Shown piece by piece: positions 60,215-64,000 of a stretch of DNA of 64,000 nucleotides. The stretch comes from the human T2T-CHM13v2.0 reference genome, Homo sapiens. Position numbers and translations under genes: made by a program. The stretch is from the NCBI RefSeq assembly GCF_009914755.1, contig NC_060928.1; one strand, 5' to 3'. Position 1 is the first letter of the stretch, and each line of letters opens with the position of its first letter. The notes below the pieces were generated by a model, which worked only from the letters and a program-made list of their open reading frames with translations, searched no databases and was not told the DNA's origin.

Positions 60215-60422
60215 CACTGGTGTGCTGGAGTCAGCTCATGACAGCTCATGAGAGCCCACTGTGCATGCCGTTCCCAGCTCTGTGCTCCATGACATCATGC
60301 AGGGGCCGGAGATCTGCCATAGTGGGAGTACTTAACACCATGAAAATTGGCAAATGCTGAAAATCAGGGCTTCTTCCTCTACTCCCAGTTGCTAAATATA
60401 TACTATTATTAGCACATCACTG
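60215..60422. mobile_element. MER63-like hAT element
   Basis: TIR-like cactggtgtgctgg ... agcacatcactg. Confidence 0.6.
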
Positions 60423-60504
60423 TCCCCTGCATTTTAAAAATCAAATAAAGAGGAGGTTCCCACCAGACAGGAGGTTTTCCAGCCTATATGCATTTTTTAA
60501 AATA

Positions 60505-61280
60505 AGCTACATATAAAGTTGCTCAATGGTATTAGCCATAGGGAAAGGCAAAACCACAATGAGATACCACTTCACACTCACTAGGACAGCTACAATCAAC
60601 AAAAGAGAAAATAACAAGTGTAAAGAAGGATTTGGAGAAATTGGAACGCTTGCACACTGCTAATGGGAATGTAAGAAGTCACAGCTGCTTTGGGAAACAG
60701 TCTAACAGTTCCTCAAAAGGTTAAACATACTCAAAGCCAAAGCAATTCAGCTCCTATATCCCAGAGAAATGAAAACATATGTCTACACAAAAACTTGTAC
60801 ATGAATATTCATATCGGTTCTATTTCCAGTAGCCAAAAGGTGGAAACAACCCAAATATCCACCAACAGATGAATGAATAAACAAAATGTGGTCTACCCAT
60901 GCAATGGAGCCATGAAAAGGAACAAAGTACTAATATATGCTACAACTTGAATGAACCTTGAAAACGTTATGCTTAGTGGAAAAAACCAGACACAAAAGTA
61001 ACATATTGTATGATTCTACTTATACAAAGTATCCAGAATAGTCAAATCCATATAGACAAGAAGTAGATTAGGGTTGCCAGGGGCTGGGAGGAAAAGGAAA
61101 TGGGGACTGACTTCTTAAGGGGGACAGTTTCTGTTTGGGTTGATGAAAAAGTTATGGAACTAGATAGTGGTGATTTTTAAACGACATTATAAATGTACTT
61201 AATGTTACTGAATTGTACACTCTAAAATGGTTACAAGAGTAAATTTTATGTTATGTGTATTTTTCCACAATAAGAAAAAA
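60505..61280 (+). mobile_element. L1MB 3' end
   Basis: aaaaccacaatgagataccacttcacac ... aattttatgttatgtgtatttttccacaataag. Confidence 0.85.
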
Positions 61281-61577
61281 GAGATATTAAGAGAGTTAGA
61301 CAAGCCACAAAGTACAAAGCACACACAGATGAGCTTCATTCAGAATATATATATTTTTTATACCTTTTAAAAACAAATAAGAAAAGAACAGAAAACCTAA
61401 GAAACAAAATGTAGAAATAGGTATTTCGATAGAGACTAAATGTCAATGGACAGTGAACACATGTAGACTTGCTCATTTTCATTCGTGATAAGAGAAATGC
61501 AAGTTAAAAATATAGTGAAATACCACTACACACACACCAGAGAAAGCAATATTTAAAAGTGTAAAATATGAAAAGTT

Positions 61578-61900
61578 GGCCAGGCGTGATGGCTCACACT
61601 TGTAATCTCAGCACTTTGGAAGGCTTAACAGGTAGATTGCTTGAGCCCAGTAGTTCAAGACCAGCCTGGGCAATATAAGGAGACCTCGTTGCTACAAAAA
61701 AAAAAAAAAAAAAAAAAATGAAAACAATTAGTTGGGCACGGTGATATGCACCTGTAGTCCTAGCTACCAGAGAGGGTGAGGCAGAAGGATTGGTTGAACC
61801 CGGGAGGTCAAGGCTGAAATGAGCCATAATCACACCACTGCTCTCCAACCTGGGTAACAGAGTGGAACTAAGTCTCAAAAACAAAAACAAACAAACAAAA
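61578..61900 (+). mobile_element. AluJ
   Basis: J-type gattgcttgagccc, expanded middle A-run. Confidence 0.9.
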
Positions 61901-62417
61901 AAACCCCACAAATAAAGAACGAGGGGCAAGGGTTCAAAGGAAGGAGACAGAGATCTTCTGCACCGTTGACAGGAATCCAAGAAAGGTAGAATTTGAACTA
62001 TGCCTTAAAGAATGTGTAGGGTTTAGGTAGGCAAAAAAGGATGGGCATTCCAGGTCAGAAGAATGGACCAGGTGGTAGGAACATGAAAATAGAGTTCAAC
62101 AGGAATCAGACAGTTTGATTGCAGCAGCAGAGAACCATGAGGAAAAAATATGGAATGAAGCTGAAAAGGTAGACTGAGGCCCCAGAAGACAGCCTGACAG
62201 ACTAGTGATTCTGGAATTTATCTGGCAGGCATCAGGTGCTTTAACCCTTCAGGTCTTGAGTTGCTGGGATACTGCTTGTAACTACAAACCCTGTGTGTCT
62301 CATTCCCAAATGTCCTTTTAGGCTCCTTGTATTCCTCTGAGGAAAGGCATTCTTCAAGACGTCCTCAAGGAAAATATGTTTTCAACATTATAAAATAAAC
62401 ATGTTAAAGAATTTCCA

Positions 62418-62722
62418 GGCCAGGCATGGTGGCTCATGCCTGTAATTCCAGCACTTTGGGAAGCTGAGGCAGGAGAGTCACTTGAGTCCAGGAGTTCGAG
62501 ACCAGCCTGGCCAACAAAGCAAGACCATGTCTCTACAAAAAAAAAAAAAAAAAAAATTAGCCGTGCGTGGTGGCACATGCCTGTAGTCCTAGCTACTTAG
62601 GAGGCTGAGGTGGGAGGATCACCTGAGCCCGAAAGGTTGAGGCTACAGTAAGCCATGATTGTACCACTGCACTCCAGCCTGGGCGACAGAGTGAGACCTC
62701 GTCTCAAAATAAAAAAACAAAA
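62418..62722 (+). mobile_element. AluJ
   Basis: gaggctgaggtgggaggatcacctgagccc J-type right arm. Confidence 0.9.
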
Positions 62723-63299
62723 ATCCAGAATTTAAGCATAATGGATTGATCACAAGCTCTTAACTCCTTTCCCTTATTGCACTCCACTAAAATGATAGGA
62801 AAAGGATTTTTTAAAATGTATAAATCCTAATAGAAGAAAAGAAGAGGAAATTGAATGAAAGAGAACAACACCATTTGGAAGAAAGAAGACCAAGGCAAAC
62901 AGAGTAAGTCAACATGCCCACACCTACCGATGAGGACCCCAGTGAGAACAGAGTGATACACCCATCTGTGGTCCAGGCAGGCTCAGAACTTGGCTTCCCA
63001 GAGGCAGGGGTGAGGCAAAGAGCCAAAGTCTGAGCAGAGGGTGGGAGTGGCAGGTCTCCTCTATCCCACTTAGCCAACAACTGTGGCCAGCACATATGAA
63101 TGCTTAATAACAATTTCTCCATCTGAGAATCATAATATTTGGCCATGAAAGGGATTCTGGTGATCACAGTCTAATTTCCTCAATTTAGGGTGGAAACTGA
63201 GGGACTGACCTCTCCAAGATCACACTGGCTAGCAGAGCCAGAACTAACTCCAAGCTTCTAACTGCCAGTTCATGTTTCACTGTGCCCTGGCGTGGCAAC

Positions 63300-63790
63300 A
63301 TACATGAATTAGCAACATCTTGTCTCTCCCATCTCAAAACCCTCCAAAATCTGCCTGTTACTTAAAAAACAAAAACAAAACAAACAAAAAAATGAATTTG
63401 CCCAGCTCTCTGGCCTCCTCCCCTCCCATGCCCACCCCATTCCACCTCAGTTCCTTTCCCTCTCTGCTGTTCTTTGAGCAATAAAGCATTTCCCACCTCC
63501 CTGGGGTCCTTTGTACTCTTGGCTTCTCCGTGGCCTGCCCTGCTCTTCCTAAGTTCTCTATTCCCTACCTACAGAAACAGCAGGCAAGGCCCCATCTCTC
63601 TCATGCGGCTTTACTTTTCTCATGGCAGGGGGATATTTACTGGTATCTGTACGTTGTCTGCATCTCCCCTTTAGAAGGTAAATTCCAGGACAGCAGGGCA
63701 TTTACCTTCTATACTATTGTGTCCACAGAGCCTACAACAGTACTTGGCACAAAGTAGGTGCTTAAAATATTTTTGTCAAATGAACAGATT
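63300..63790 (+). mobile_element. L2 3' end
   Basis: gaaggtaaattccaggacagcaggg ... cttggcacaaagtaggtgcttaaaatattt ... aatgaa. Confidence 0.65.
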
Positions 63791-64000
63791 CAAGTAAAAA
63801 AGAATTGGGGGTGGTGGCTAAGAAATTCAAGTAGAGATGTCTGTGGGTGCCTTCCAAGTTAGATAGGCTGGGTTTGAATTCAATTATCCCACCGTGGTAG
63901 TCACTATGAATTATAAATCTAGATTTCTCTATTTCTAAATTTGTATTTCGGTCAATTCAGAAAATTTAAGGTTACTGGGTAGATATATTCCTCCACCACT

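Overview
This window is primate (very likely human) genomic DNA covering most of the TEC tyrosine kinase gene on the minus strand. Twelve GT-AG coding exons (31089 down to 1; exons 3-14 by my recalled numbering, exon 14 cut by the window edge) splice in frame into the Tec PH, TH (Btk motif plus proline-rich), SH3, SH2 and N-terminal kinase domains. The ATG-containing exon lies beyond position 64000, so 31090-64000 is one large intron. The introns are dense in repeats: about 20 Alus, a full-length SVA with a 15-bp TSD, L1/L2/MIR relics, MaLR/MLT2/MER68 LTRs, a decayed ERV, and the DNA-transposon MITEs MER85, MADE1, MER1B and MER63. I see no prokaryotic-type or clearly new system. The best leads are: (1) a Y3 RNA retropseudogene whose tail junction hosts a MER85 with an intact CSB-PGBD3 palindrome; (2) a candidate in-frame alternative first coding exon at 39363-39431; (3) a locally templated ~190-bp duplication; (4) the antisense SVA. 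Repeat family names come from my memory of consensus sequences, and repeat boundaries are approximate unless TSDs are cited.
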